Shown here: one piece after another, positions 13,275 to 27,898 of the stretch
How the letters are laid out: each line of letters starts with the position of its first letter
How positions within the stretch are numbered: position 1 is the stretch's first letter
NCBI GenBank assembly: GCA_951406725.2
Contig: OX597842.1
Span: 6,820,001 to 6,884,000 of the forward strand
DNA length: 64,000 nucleotides
DNA from: Octopus vulgaris
Taxonomy: Eukaryota
Reading direction: 5' to 3'
Translations under genes and position numbers: made by a program
Notes under the pieces: model-generated
Seen by the model: only the letters and a program-made list of their open reading frames with translations
Told to the model about the DNA's origin: nothing
Databases searched by the model: none

Positions 13275-14109
13275 AAATAAGAAAAAGCAGTAAAAAGAAA
13301 AGAAAAAAGACTTAATTTCAACACAAAAAAACAACCAGGAACAACAAAAAAATTTTTTTTAAACTTTAGTAACAATCTTCTACCCAGGTTCCGAGATGCA
13401 ACTTCGAATCACCATACAAACACCAGTTGCCGTCACCCACCTCCAGTCCAATAAAATTCTACAAACACCAGTTGTTGACTTCACTCCAGACCAATCAAAA
13501 CCTAACTTCAGGGAATACAATGAAATGACCCTTTAAGAGAACCAACCAACTGGAACGACTTATGACCACAAGGAAACCAACCAAGCAGAACAACAAGCTT
13601 GACCACAGAAAAAAAAGATGTCACCAGTATTTTAACTAATCAAAAATCAGATCCTCTCGCAGAATAAAATTATAAATTCATCTGATCCCAAAACATACCA
13701 CTACAAGCAAAAGCTTGTATTAGAAGAGGATCAGAGAAATTCTAAACCAAATTCCCTTTTTTTACTATTTTCATTTCACACTTTTTTTTTCAGTGTGACT
13801 TTTTGACCACCATTAAAATTAATGAACTTTGTACATTCAAACAAATTGATTATACAGTTTTAATTTTATTGACTGCTATGAACATTCAAACTTACACCTT
13901 CTGTTTTGACCATGTTAATTTATCAACATTGAAACATTTTAATTTGTCAACATTGAAACATTAATCTTTTTAAGAGGTTTTTCTAATGTTAAACTTTTAC
14001 CATTGATAAACAAAAATATTGTTGAAATTAGTTTGGTATGTAAATAAATGTATTTTAAACAATTACGAGTTTTTGAAATTCAGGTGCATTTTCAACAACA
14101 CATTTCCCT

Positions 14110-14164
<55 letters not shown>

Positions 14165-14167
<3 letters not shown>

Positions 14168-14368
14168 AAATGTGATCTCGTATGTACCGTTGGCGATTTT
14201 TTTTCCTCCGTCTTCCCTTCTCTGGACCTTTCCTTCTCCTATGTTTCTGATGAAGAGCTCTGCCCAAAACGTAAAAATCCTCCTTCTTCCCTTCCTTCCT
14301 GAGCGTCCAATAATACTATATTTGTTCCACGTCTTCGCGTTGTTGTGTTTTCATATTTGGATTAACTT
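14165..14368 (+). mobile_element. ~200-bp hammerhead-bearing non-autonomous element (family H1), decayed core
   Basis: Homologous to 19742-19955 and 33965-34162; flanked by (TA)n. Confidence 0.75.
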
Positions 14369-14559
14369 TATATATATATATATTTATATATATATATATG
14401 TAAAGGTGAGCTCAATTAGTGGTTATAAAAACCATTTAAGAGTTTTTATAACCACAGAATTACTGGTGTATTACCTATATGTGATTATGAGTATTAGCAT
14501 TATTGTTCATAAATTATAGGTAAGGAGAGGAATAAAACAAAGTTTATCTATATTTAAGG

Positions 14560-14950
14560 AAATAAAAGAAAATGGAGATAAAATTCATAATTGATAAACG
14601 TTAATTATCGTTTATTGATTACAAAAAAAGACAATATCTCATCAAATAGCAGTTTATGTTTGTGCTATTTTGGGCATAATCAGTCTTAATTATTACAATA
14701 ATAATAATAAACATTCCTGCAAATAATTATACTAACTTAAATAGTGGAACTTCATCAGAGCAGAAAAATAAAGAAAATAGGTGTAGGAGTGGCTGTGTGG
14801 TAAGTAGCTTGCTTATCAACCACATGGTTCTGGGTTCAGTCCCACTGCGTGGCACCTTGGGCAAGTGTCTTCTACTGTGGCCTTGGGCTGACCAAAGCCT
14901 TGTGAGTGGATTTGGTAGACAGGAACTGAAAGAAGCCCGTTGTATATATG

Positions 14951-14993
<43 letters not shown>

Positions 14994-15490
14994 ATGTATG
15001 TTTGTGTGTCTGTGTTTGTCCCCCCAACATCGCTTGACAATCAATGCTGGTGTGTTTACGTCCCTGTAACTTAGCGGTTCGGCGAAAGAGGCCAATAGAA
15101 TAAGTACTAGGCTTACAAAGAATATGTCCAGAGTGGATTTGGTCAACTAAAGGCGGTGCTCCAGCATGGCCACAGTCAAATGACTGAAACAAGTAAAAGT
15201 GTAAAAAGAGTAAAAAGAAAAAGAGAAAATAAGGATATACCAATTGATATTACATGCTGTCCCTCTGAAAACCTTTCCTTTATTTTTCCACTCTGATGAA
15301 TTTGTACTGTTTAAGTTGGTATAATTATTTACAGGGATAATTATTATTTTAATAATTAAGCTTGATTATACCCAAAACAGTGTGAACAGAAACAGCTGTT
15401 AGATGAGATATTGTCTTTTTTTTTGTAATCAATAAATAATAATTGATATTTATCAATTATCAATTTTGTCTCCACTTTCTTATTTTTCTT
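14560..15490. mobile_element. Old foldback element (~210-bp inverted arms with CTGATGA...GAAACAGCTGTTA) interrupted by a SINE
   Basis: 14560-14775 and 15278-15490 are diverged reverse complements. Confidence 0.65.
14779..15215 (+). mobile_element. SINE family A
   Basis: Full-length copy. Confidence 0.9.
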
Positions 15491-15824
15491 TGTGTGTGTG
15501 TGTAATTATTTGTGTTTGCCTTTGTGTTTGTATTTGTCCCCCCCCCACCATCACTTGACAACCGATGTTGGTGCATTTACATCTCCATAACTTAACAGTT
15601 TGGCAAAAGAGACCAATAGAATAAGTACTAGGCTCACAAAGAATAAGGCCTTGGGTCAATTTCTTTGACTAAAACCCTTTAAGGTAGGGCTCCAGCATGG
15701 CCACAGTCAAATGACTGAAACAAGTAAAAAAGTAAAAGAATATTACTAGGAAATGTGAAGGCATGGCTGTGTGGTAAGAAGCATGTGTGTGTGTGTGTGT
15801 GTGTGTATACCTATATATATATAT

Positions 15825-16140
15825 GTGATCACGTCACGTGATCACGTGACCGACCAGACCATCAGATGTTGTTACACATCGCTGGTCACAATGCGTTCGC
15901 ATTGTTTTAGCCTTCAAATGATGCCACCCCGCTGGCTAAGCGAGCAGGCCAACAGAAGAAAGAGTGAGAGAAAGAGTGGTGAAGGAGTACATCAGGGATC
16001 ACCACCCTCTGCCGGAGCCTCGTGGAGCTTTTTAGGTGTTTTCGCTCAATAAACACACACAACGCCTGGTCTGGGAATCGAAACCGTGATCCTACAACCG
16101 CAAGTCCGCTGCCCTAACCACTAGGCCATTGCGCCTCCAC
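15825..16140 (-). mobile_element. SINE family C (tRNA-derived head gtggaggcgcaatggcctagtggttaggg...ggtttcgattccc)
   Basis: A and B boxes present; second copy at 40180-40483. Confidence 0.85.
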
Positions 16141-16454
16141 ATATATATATATATATATGTATGTGTGTGTATATGTGTGTATGTGTGCGTGTGTGTGTAT
16201 GTGTGTGTGTGTATGAGTTTGGAGGGATATGTTATCCAGGCAGATACCATATTAGCTCTCAGCTAAGTTCCAGTTAATGGCTAACCTGATGAAGAAGCTG
16301 CTCTGACAATAATGCAACATTGCATTTGCAACAGGGAGTTGCTGCAACAGAAACACATCTAGGTTATTACAATATGCTGAATAGAAATAAATACAAAATA
16401 AATATTGTGGATCTACAAGACTCCATATTCTTTATTATTAATGATTTTTTCTTA

Positions 16455-16589
16455 TTCCTTTCTCTTGAAGAGTGTAGGCTCGAAACATAAAAGACTCACT
16501 TTCCCAAGCGTCACACTAATACACCTGCTTGTTGTTCATACGCCTGTCTTCGTCTTTTGTTTATCGTTAAATTACAACTATATACATAC

Positions 16590-16641
<52 letters not shown>

Positions 16642-16705
16642 CAATTGTTTGTTTGTTTTCCACCTGCCTTCGTCTTTTGTCTATTTTCATAAAGCTTCCC
16701 ATTAT
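16455..16705 (+). mobile_element. Short hammerhead-type element (family H2), decayed
   Basis: tctc-TTGAAGA-gtgtaggctc-GAAAC-ataaaaga. Related reverse copy at ~45730-45870. Confidence 0.5.
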
Positions 16706-16721
16706 ATATATATATATATAT

Positions 16722-17097
<376 letters not shown>

Positions 17098-17690
17098 TAT
17101 ATATATGGATACAGTTTGTGTATCAAATAGCTAACTTAAGGCGATGGCCTCAGGGAGCTAATAAGCGGACAGCTTTATTCTTATTTTTATAAGAATGCCA
17201 TATTAGTATGGCAATAACTATTATTTTATATATATATATATTGGAAGGTTTGGAGATGATGTACAGGTATTTTATATTAGAAGAAATGAGGTACTCAGAA
17301 AATCGGATGGTTTATACATATATATATATATATATATGTTTGTGTGTGTGTATAAATCTATGTATGTATGTTTGTGCATGTCTTTTTGTCTATAGGGCTA
17401 AAAACATACCACTGCTTGACAACCAGTGTTGGTGTGTTTATTTCTTTGTAAGTTAACATTTTGGGGAAAGAGACCAATAGAATAAGTACTAGTCTTAAAA
17501 TATAAGTCTTGGGATCAATTTGTTTGAATAAAACCCTTCAAGGCATTGCTCCAGCATTGCCACAGTCTAATGAGTGAACCAAGCTAAAGATATTCTTTTA
17601 CTTGTTTCAGTTATTTGGCTGTGATCATGCTGGAGTATCACCATAGTAATAGATAGATGATAAATTGTATGTAAAATAATTGTTAAAATA

Positions 17691-18122
17691 TTGGGTTGTC
17701 TGGAAAGTTTGTGCCGATTTATAGTAGCTTACAGTTCGACTTATTTTAGAACATGGTTGACTGCATAAAATAGGATTTGACTACACCTCCATTTAGAGGT
17801 GCAGCTCGGCTGGGATGTGTTACCCCACCCTCCATATTCACCAGATATTGCTCCTTCGGTTTCCATTTATTCAGGTCTCTGCAGAATAGTCTTAATGGTA
17901 AAAATTTCAATTCCTTGGATGACATAAAAAGATACCTTGATGAATTCTTCGTCATGAAACCATCTCAATTCTGGGAAGAGGGTATTTTCAAGTTAAAGGA
18001 AAGATGGAGACGCATTGTGCAACAAAATGGTTCATATTTGGTTGATTAAAAATGTAATGGCAATTATTTATTGACATTTTTCTTTCCTTTAAAAATCGGC
18101 ACAAACTTTCTGGACAACCCAA
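17691..18122 (+). mobile_element. Internally deleted mariner element
   Basis: ~30-bp TIRs TTGGGTTGTCTGGAAAGTTTGTGCCGATTT with TA TSD. Transposase C-terminus (HPPYSPDIAP, FHLFRSLQNSL...WRRIVQQNGSY). Confidence 0.92.
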
Positions 18123-19018
18123 TATCTTGTGCATTGTAGAAGTACAATTCTAACAACAAAAACTTACATGGACAGCCCCCAACCCCAAGGGTCATGTGGA
18201 CCCCAGTTGAGTGAATATGTTAGATGGCCCCTCAATTGCAGGCTATAGAAAGACTGACCCAATCAATGTGTGAAATTTTACGAGGGATATGAGGGTAAGA
18301 AGACATGAAGGTGTATGGCACCACAAGAAGAAGGACGTGTGATTTTGAAGAAAATTTGGTTGCTATTTCTAGCATGTCAGGCAACCATGTATAGGCTTAT
18401 GGTAAAGCAGTGATGATGGGTAGTGCTGGTGCTGAGATGGTGAGGGGAAGAGGGGTTGTTGTGAAGTGGTAGAATGCTAGTGTTGGGTGCTGGTGGAGGT
18501 GTTCTTTCGCCTTCCATATATAGTCAACGCCTGTAGGAGCCTGCCTCACTGCTACCTGCCTGGCTGTTGAGCAAAAACACACACACTCTATGCATATGTG
18601 TGTGTGTGTGTGTGTTTATGAATATGTGTGTGTGTGTGTGTGTTTATGAATATGTGTGTGTGTGTGTGTGTGTGTATATTATATATATATATATATATAT
18701 ATGTGTATATATATATATATATATAAAGCATATACAAATGTGCAATATTCACCTGCATATTACTCACATGTACAAACATATACACACAGACATACATATA
18801 CAAATGTAAATATGTGTGTGTACATGTGTGTATATGCATACATCTATATCTATATATATCTGTATGTATATATATATATATATATATATGTGTATATATA
18901 TATACATATACATATAGATATGTACATATATATGTATATATGTTTGTATATATTTGTATATATATATATATATGTATGTATGTATGTATAAATACATATG
19001 TATGTATATATAACATTA

Positions 19019-19051
<33 letters not shown>

Positions 19052-19449
19052 GAGAGAGAGATGAATATATCTACCTAATTATTTTTATAAAATTTCTGTT
19101 GCTACCAAAACCTTCATACGATATAGAAAGCTGGAAGTGTAAAATAGTATGTTTTTTTTTTATATATATATATATATATATGTGTATATATATATATATA
19201 TGTATATATATATGTATATACACACACATACATATCCGTGTGGTGGTGCTGGTGATGATAGTGGTCAACAAAGAAGTACTGGTGCGTATTGGTGCCTGAT
19301 TTAAATGGGATGCTCTTCTTGAAGGTTGCTGTTCAACCCCAGATTTTCCCTGGATCAGCAGGTCTCATGATCAAATGTGTTCCAACCTTGATCATATTGT
19401 ATAGTACAGAACCTGTGTGACTGCCTCAGACACGCATTGTGTTTGCATA

Positions 19450-19484
<35 letters not shown>

Positions 19485-19642
19485 TGTTTGTGTGTGTATA
19501 TATGTATATATGTATATGCACATGTGTGTGTATATATGTATTATATCATCTTGTATAGTGTAGAATTTTCGTGACTGTCTCAGATATGTGTGTATATGTT
19601 TGCGTGTGTCTGTGTGTGTTTGTGTGTATGTGTATATGTATA

Positions 19643-19682
<40 letters not shown>

Positions 19683-19741
19683 TATATGTATATTTATTCA
19701 AACCTTGTTCATCATGTATATATATATATATATATATATAT

Positions 19742-19955
19742 TCAAAATGTGACCGTGTGTGTACCATTGGTGATTTTTTTCCTCCGTTTTCCCTTCTCAG
19801 GATCTTTCCTTTTCCTATGTTTCTGACGAAGAGCTCCGCTCGAAACGTAAAACCCTCCTTCTTCCCTTCCTTCCTGAGCGTCCAATAATACTATATTTGT
19901 TCCACGTCCTCACGTTGTTGTGTTTTCTCTTTGTGTTTTCATGTTTGGATTAACT
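19742..19955 (+). mobile_element. Family H1 hammerhead element
   Basis: Between (TA)n tracts; three copies in the window. Confidence 0.8.
19819..19853 (+). ncRNA. Minimal type I hammerhead ribozyme
   Basis: gttt-CTGACGA-a-gagc-tcc-gctc-GAAAC-GTA-aaac. Palindromic ACGT stem III typical of Penelope minimal hammerheads. Confidence 0.8.
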
Positions 19956-20039
19956 ATATATATATATATATATAAAACTTAGATAGGTTTCGACCAAAGA
20001 CTGGTTTAACTTAATAGCACCACCTGATAGGATTTGGTA

Positions 20040-20340
20040 AATTCTTTTTAAGTCAAGTTTTGTGCTATCATGGCCCATTCGAGAAGGGAGTTCTTGTTGA
20101 GTGAATCGTGTCCAGGTAATAGATAGCTCACCTGGTATTCCTAGAAGAAATTTGTCCAGATTCCATTTAAAGGTGATTGGATCTTTTTCCTCTTTGGTCT
20201 GTTTTGGGACAATGTTAGATAAGGCAGAAATTTTGTTGCAGTGTATTTATGTGCTGTGATCCTGAATTTGGTAGGGGATGTATGGCCTGTGGTCCTATAC
20301 TTGGAGGAATTCTGAAACTAATCTTGAGGTTGTTTGGGCA
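20040..20340 (-). pseudogene. CR1/Jockey-group LINE ORF2 C-terminal remnant
   Basis: Minus strand NIVPKQTKEEKDPITFKWNLDKFLLGIPGE...NKNSLLEW resembles the FK..LDKFL..IPD...NSL tail motif. Confidence 0.55.
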
Positions 20341-20534
20341 ATATTAGTAGTATATTCTACACATTGTGTAAATGATGTATTGCTAATGGCAGTGCTGAAA
20401 AGAATAGAATTTCAATGCTTTAAGGTGGTCCCAACAATTGAGATCAGTTATGTATATACTTATGTATATACTTACATACATATATATGTTACATGTTTAT
20501 ACATACATACATACACACACACACATACATATAT

Positions 20535-20946
20535 AGGCATAGGAGTGACTGTGTGGTAAGTAGTTTGCTTACAAACCACATGGTTCCGGGTTCAGTTCCA
20601 CTGCATGGCACCTTGGGCAAGTGTCTTCAACTATAGCCTCGGGCAGACCAAAGCCTTGTGAGTGGATTTGGTGGACGGAAACTGAAAGAAGCCCGTCGTA
20701 TATATGTATACATATATATGTATATGTGAGTGTGTATGTTTGCGTGTCTGTTTGTTATTCCAACATCACTTGACAACCAATGCTGGTGTGTTTACGTCCC
20801 CGTAACTTAGCGGTTCGGCAAAAGAGACCAATCAAATAAGTACTAGGCTTACAAAGAATAAGTCCTGGGGTTGATCTGCTTGATTAAAGGTGGTGCTCCA
20901 GCATGGCCACAGTCAAATGACTGAAACAAGTAAAAGAGTAAAAGAG

Positions 20947-20948
<2 letters not shown>
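20535..20948 (+). mobile_element. SINE family A
   Basis: Full-length copy. Confidence 0.9.
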
Positions 20949-21009
<61 letters not shown>

Positions 21010-21406
21010 TGTTGTACTCAAAAAGACCCACCCATCACAACAGAATTGATGTCCTAAAACCAAGGTATCACATAAAGAGCGCCCAGTACACTCTGTAAAA
21101 CGGTCAGCATTATGGAGGGGCAGCTGCTGAAACCAAGTTCCAAAATAGGCTATGGAACCTGGTGTAGCCCCTAGTCTTGCCAGTTTCCGTTGAAGTATCC
21201 AACACATGGCAGCATGAAGAATAGACATTAAATGTTGTTGATGATGATGGTGATGACGATATGTGTGTGTCAGTGTGTGTATGTATATAAATATATGTAT
21301 GTGTGTGTGTGTATATATATGTATATATATATAATGTATATATGTATATATATCTATATCATCATCATCATCGTTTAACGTCCGTTCTCCATGCTAGCAT
21401 GGGTTA

Positions 21407-21437
<31 letters not shown>

Positions 21438-21600
21438 GCTTGTTTCAGCTTAGTCTGCGGCCATGCTGATGTACCGCCGTTTTGTGCTACACTGTTATAT
21501 ATATGTATATATACATGTATATATATATTTATATATGTATATGTGTATATTTGAATATCCGTATGTATATATGTATGTATGTATGTATGAATACATATAC

Positions 21601-21657
<57 letters not shown>

Positions 21658-21766
21658 TACATATATATATACACACACATATATGTATATGTATATATGT
21701 ATATGTGTATATTTATATATATATATGTATGTATGTATATATATATATATATGTAATATGTATATG

Positions 21767-21848
<82 letters not shown>

Positions 21849-22454
21849 TATCACTATTTCATTCCTTTTAGAAATTATCAGTATGACACAGCCTGGGGTA
21901 TAATAATTAGACATTTTATGAAGCATGACAGTTCTTATAGATGGAAAATAATTAGTTTGGAAGAAATTCATGGAATGTTCTTGTTTCTTTTTTGTTTTTT
22001 GTTTTTTTCTTCATACAGTATTTGCTGTTGAGCAAATGAGGGGAGAAGAGGGAGAAAGTTCTTTACATGCAGCATAACCATTTCTAGGTAATTCTACTAT
22101 GAGGTGTTTTATAGTAACCAATATCACATTTTTATTTTAAAACAGGTGGTTTGCTTGCAGAACCATTAACATGCCCAGCAAAATGCTCCGTAACATATTG
22201 TTCATCTTTATGTACTAAGTTCAAATTCTTCCAAGGTAGACTTTGGGGTTGATTAAATAAGTACCAGTTGAGCATAGGGCTCGATGTAATCGTCTATTCC
22301 CCTCCTCAAAATTGCTGGCCTAGTGCCCAAATTGGAAACAATATTTTAATTTTAACAAAAAAAGAAAAAAATTCTCAAGCCATTTTTTATTTATCTTTTG
22401 AGGGTAGATATTGGTTTGAAGCCGCTATTTCAAAGAAGTAATCCCTTGTCATAT

Positions 22455-23005
22455 GTGAAGGTGCTTGGCTTAATGGTTGGGGTGTTGAACTCACAGTCTT
22501 AAGATTATGGTTTTGATTCCTGGATTGGGTAATACATAGTGTTCTTGAGCAAAACACTTCATTTCATATTGCTCAGGTCTGCTCAGCTGGTAGAAGCGAG
22601 TAATCTTGCAACAGACTGGCATCTTGTCAAGCAAGGAATAAATGTCAGAGAAACCAGGAATCTGGCCCCGTGCTCCTCATGAAGTGATGGGGACTAAGCA
22701 GTTACTCAAAGCATTCACTGCAGAGATGCATGACTAAGTGGTTAGGGTGTTGGTCTCATGATTGTAAGATTGTGGTTTCAATTCCTGGACCAGGCAATAC
22801 ATTGTATTCTTGAGCAAAACACTTCATTTCACTCCAGAAACAGACTCTCTTAAATGCCTGGATGTGAAAGTGCATGGCTCAGTAGTTAGGGTCTTGGACT
22901 CATGATTGTAAGATTGTAGTTTCAATTCCTGGACTAGGCAGTGCATTGTATATTCTTGAGCAATCCTTTCATCGTTAAAAAGTGGAGGTGCATGGCTTAG
23001 TGGTT
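22455..23005 (+). mobile_element. Cluster of 3-4 decayed tRNA/CORE SINE heads
   Basis: Repeated gcatggcttagtggttaggg...ggtttcaattcctggac...ttcttgagcaaaacacttcatttc. Confidence 0.7.
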
Positions 23006-23187
23006 TATTCAACTGATATATTATTCTATACACATTCACACAAATTCAAAACAATATATATATATTTATATTATAAACAATAAATTCAAAAGCGATGTCT
23101 CAAGAATTCAATCACTACTACCATCCACAAGTCACTTTCAGGGCATTTGACCATTTAACATCCTACTACTATCATAGCACTCCCACA

Positions 23188-23287
23188 TTCTTCTTCTTCT
23201 TCTTCTTCTTCTTCTTCTTCTTCTTCTTCTTCTTCTTCTTCTTCCACCTCTTCTTCCACTTCTTCTTCTTCCACTTCTTCTTCTTCC

Positions 23288-23331
<44 letters not shown>

Positions 23332-23455
23332 TTATTATTATTATTATTATTATTCCACTTCTTCCACTTCTTCCACTTCTTCTTCCACTTCTTCTTTTTC
23401 TTCCACTTCTTCTTCTTCTTCTTCCACTTCTTCTGTCACTTCTTCTTATTCTTAT
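23188..23455. repeat. (TTC)n/(TTA)n microsatellite
   Basis: Read directly from the sequence. Confidence 0.95.
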
Positions 23456-23489
23456 TTTTATAAGAATGACATATTAGTATGGCGATAAC

Positions 23490-23519
<30 letters not shown>

Positions 23520-23520
<1 letters not shown>

Positions 23521-23718
23521 AGCAAAATAAGACAAGGTAGAAAATGCTAAAATAATTTTATCATTAAGAATATATTTTACTACCAGTTTCAGTCTTTGTG
23601 ACTTTTTCAACTTATGCTTTACTCAAAGTGGAGAAACACTCAAAGACTGAAACCGATACTAAAATGTTTCCATGATAAAATGATTTTAGCATTTTCTACC
23701 TTCTCTTATTTTGCTTAT
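23520..23718. mobile_element. Foldback element in (TA)n with variant hammerhead-like core
   Basis: ~80-bp inverted arms. Minus strand TTGAAAA-agtc-acaaa-gact-GAAAC-tg-GTA. Confidence 0.65.
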
Positions 23719-23752
23719 ACATATCACTCAAATGTTCTTTTCTCATGTGTTA

Positions 23753-23807
<55 letters not shown>

Positions 23808-23983
23808 TATATGTCCCACTCTTAGAAGTAATGCACAGCATCCCTGCATGAGGTAAGAAATTCATTAGAAGGCCTGGTGAAAGAAAGGAATAATAAAAGA
23901 CTGCCTCAGACAAATTTTGCAATTCATACTAAGGGCTGGGTGGGGCAGGGGGAGAAAGGGGGCAATGTATATGTATATGTATC

Positions 23984-24510
<527 letters not shown>

Positions 24511-24537
24511 TATATATATATATATATATGTATATAT

Positions 24538-24771
24538 ACTCTCTTTTACTCTTTTACTTCTTTCAGTCATTTGACTGCGGCCATGCTGGAGCACCACCTT
24601 TAGTCAAGCAAATTGACCCCAGGACTTATTATTCCTAAGTCTAGTACTTATTCCATCAGTCTCTTTTGCTGAACCGCTAAGTTATGAGGATGTAAACACA
24701 CCAGCATCGGTTGTCAAGCGATGTTGGGGGGACAAACACAGACACACAAACATATACACACACATACATAT

Positions 24772-24804
<33 letters not shown>

Positions 24805-25117
24805 TATTTCTTTACTACCCACAAGGGGCTAAACACAGAGGGGACAAACAAGGACAGACAAACGGATTAAGTCGATTATATCGACCCCAATGCGCAACTG
24901 GTACTTAATTTATCGACCCCGAGAGGATGAAAGGCTAAGTCGACCTCATACATATATATATATATATATATATATACATATGTACAACAGGCCTCTTTCA
25001 GTTTCCATCTACCAAATCCACTCACAAGGCTTTGGTTGGCCTGAGGCTATAGTAGAAGACACTTGCCCAAGGTGCCTTGCAGTGGGAATAAACCCAGAAC
25101 TATGTGGTTGGTAAGCA
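24538..25117 (-). mobile_element. SINE family A with nested SINE family B fragment (24808-24945)
   Basis: The family B fragment sits in the internal microsatellite of A. Confidence 0.85.
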
Positions 25118-25134
25118 ATATATATATTTTAAGA

Positions 25135-25530
25135 ATTTAATTATAGAATAATAATTATGATTAAGGGCACTGGAATGCCAGCACCTATACACTAGAAGTA
25201 GATGTCAAATACCTACAATCCACTCTAAATTTGTTCTCTATTTATGGAATGTATATGCGGGAAATGCATGGATGCATTGGTATCTGTACAAGTAGATTTA
25301 TTGGTATGTAAATGAATTTTTCACTTATATAATTTATCGGTGTATTTCTGCTGGGGATTGCAAGGTAATCTTTATTACAGAGCATGACTTTTGTAAATCT
25401 TCACATTTGACCTAGGGTTATAAAGACAGAACTAATTTAGAGAGGATTGTAGATATTTGACACCTACGTCTAGCATACAGGCGCTAGCATTCCAGCACCC
25501 TTAATTATAATTATATTTTTATAATTATAT
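25135..25530. mobile_element. Foldback element with ~110-bp inverted arms
   Basis: ttaagggcactggaatgccagcacc...tctaaatt is mirrored by aatttagagagg...gcattccagcacccttaa. Confidence 0.7.
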
Positions 25531-25623
25531 ATATATTTAAGAATTAATTTTACCAATGTGGTCAATTTTTATATGCTAGCTACTAATATAATCATTTTAA
25601 TCATTATATCCTTAATTTATAAG

Positions 25624-25667
<44 letters not shown>

Positions 25668-25791
25668 CAATAAGAGGCTTCCAAATAGGAAAGCCTTGTG
25701 TTAGAAAGAGCAGTAGAAAACTCAAAACCACCAAATAAGGATAAATTTTTGAAAGGAATGAAAATTAAAAACGTTTACCATCTCAATTATT

Positions 25792-25860
25792 TCCCAGACC
25801 ATGGTTTCTAACTATTTCCAGCAAAAAAATATTTGCTGAAGGCAAGTTTCATCAGTGGGA
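25792..25860 (-). ncRNA. Type I hammerhead ribozyme
   Basis: tccca-CTGATGA-aact(..cagcaaa..tttgctg..)agtta-GAAAC-catg-GTC-tggga. Fully canonical core with GUC cleavage triplet. Confidence 0.85.
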
Positions 25861-25924
25861 CAGCCTTTTGATTTCAAATACACAACACAGCCAGATCCAT
25901 ATGTAAAACTAACTGCTTGTATAT

Positions 25925-26090
25925 TCTAACTTTTCAATTTTTGGCAGAATTCTGCAATGTCATTTTTTAATTCAGGGAAGTTTGGTCTTTGTGGTGTGGG
26001 TTTAAACTTCAGTCCTTTACTTAGAATTTCTATTTGGGCGTCAGTTAATGATTTTTTGAAAGGCTAATTACATTTGGTTTCTCATGTAGG
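25925..26090 (-). pseudogene. Penelope ORF N-terminal remnant
   Basis: NVISLSK../LTDAQIEILSKGLKFKPTPQRPNFPELKNDIAEFCQKL matches the PLE NLS..LT..E..LL.KGL.F.PTP motif. Confidence 0.7.
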
Positions 26091-26872
26091 AAGGCCAACA
26101 CGTGTCCTGGTATTCCTATCCTTCTGCTAAAAAAGGAATATAACTTTGAGTGTGGTTGACATTTGTTGTCCAACTGTTTTGAGTGGGTCTGTAGGGTCGT
26201 TTTTGATGGTGTGTTGAAGAGGTGGGGTCTGCTGTAGTTGCAGTCCTGTTGGAGTTCTGAGAGGTCTGGGCAGTTTGGGTGGGTCCCTTCCAAAGGCCAT
26301 TTATACTTTCTTCAACAAGACATTCTTCACAACATACACACCCATCAACTCACAGCTGGTCATTTTTCAAAATATTGAAAGGACATTCAACACAATACAC
26401 AAACACACACACACACACATACACACACACATACACACACATGCACACACACATGCACACATACACGCACACACACATACACACACACAGGTGGGCATAA
26501 AACCTATTCAATAAATGCTTTTTAGCCACTCCCTTGGCAGGAATACACAAAGATTTATTTTAGACAATAGACACCCCTTCTCTCACTCTCTAACACTTTG
26601 AACTCTATACCAAACTATATTTAAAGAAGAATTCAACGAAAAATCTCCAGACATGTTCTTGACCTCCAGACAGAAGATAAACAGTTTTTACTTCAATTTT
26701 TTGTAAATTTTTACTAATATTTGATAAGATGAGATACATCAAAACCAGCAATATTTTCTTTATATAATTTTTAAAATCATTTTTATTAAATTCTCTCTTA
26801 ACTTGAAATATCTTAGACTTACTTCTGTACTATTTCCACGTCCATCTTTTATATACTTATATATATATATAT

Positions 26873-27038
26873 AGGTGTAGGAGTGGCTGTGTGGTAAGTA
26901 GCTTGCTTACCAACCACATGGTTCCGGGTTCAGTCCCACTGCATGGCACCTTGGGCAATTGTCTTCTGCTATTGCCCTGGGCCGACCAATGCCTTGTGAG
27001 TGGATTTGGTAGACGGAAACTGAAAGAAGCCTGTCGTA

Positions 27039-27105
<67 letters not shown>

Positions 27106-27317
27106 ATGTGTGTGTGTGTTTGTGTGTCTGTGTTTGTCCCCCTAGCATTGCTTGACAACCGATGCTGGTGTGTTTACGTGCCTGTCAATTAGCAGTTCGG
27201 CAAAAGAGACCGATAGAATAAGTACTTGGTTTACAAAGAATAAGTCCCGGGGTCGATTTGCTAGACTAAAGGCAGTGCTCCAGCATGGCCGCAGTCAAGT
27301 AAAAGAGTAAAAGAGTA
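26873..27317 (+). mobile_element. SINE family A
   Basis: Full-length copy. Confidence 0.9.
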
Positions 27318-27618
27318 ATATATATATATATGTATGTATGTAGGGGGGAGGAGGACGAGGAGGATAGGAGACAGGTAGGTGAAGGAGAAGAAGGTCAGCA
27401 ATAACAATAACAACAACAAGATGCCTGAAGAACTATAAACAACATAATTCATGAACCATCCATAGTATTTTACAAACGGCTTCATTGTTTTCATATAATT
27501 ATCTCAGGACATAGGATGTTTATTCTCTCTGATTCTCTGATATGCAGATATGTGGGCACAGCTATAAGTGGGTGTCTCATATATAAATTATATATGTTTG
27601 TGTGTATGTGTGTGTGTG

Positions 27619-27714
<96 letters not shown>

Positions 27715-27776
27715 CACACGCACACATAGATATATATATGTATGTATACATATATATATATATATATGTATGTATG

Positions 27777-27840
<64 letters not shown>

Positions 27841-27898
27841 CATGCCCCCCCACACACATATACACACTTATATATATATACATATATGTATGTATATA

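Larger units (their letters stand above)
11893..14106 (+). mobile_element. Decayed 5'-truncated Penelope-like element with inverted terminal repeats
   Basis: The left arm (11893-11964 plus 12362-12386) is the reverse complement of ~14012-14106. Internal remnants of the RT thumb and GIY-YIG domain. Confidence 0.85.

Noticed and set aside
23095-23463. 122-aa poly-Phe ORF
   Set aside because: It is a (TTC)n microsatellite.
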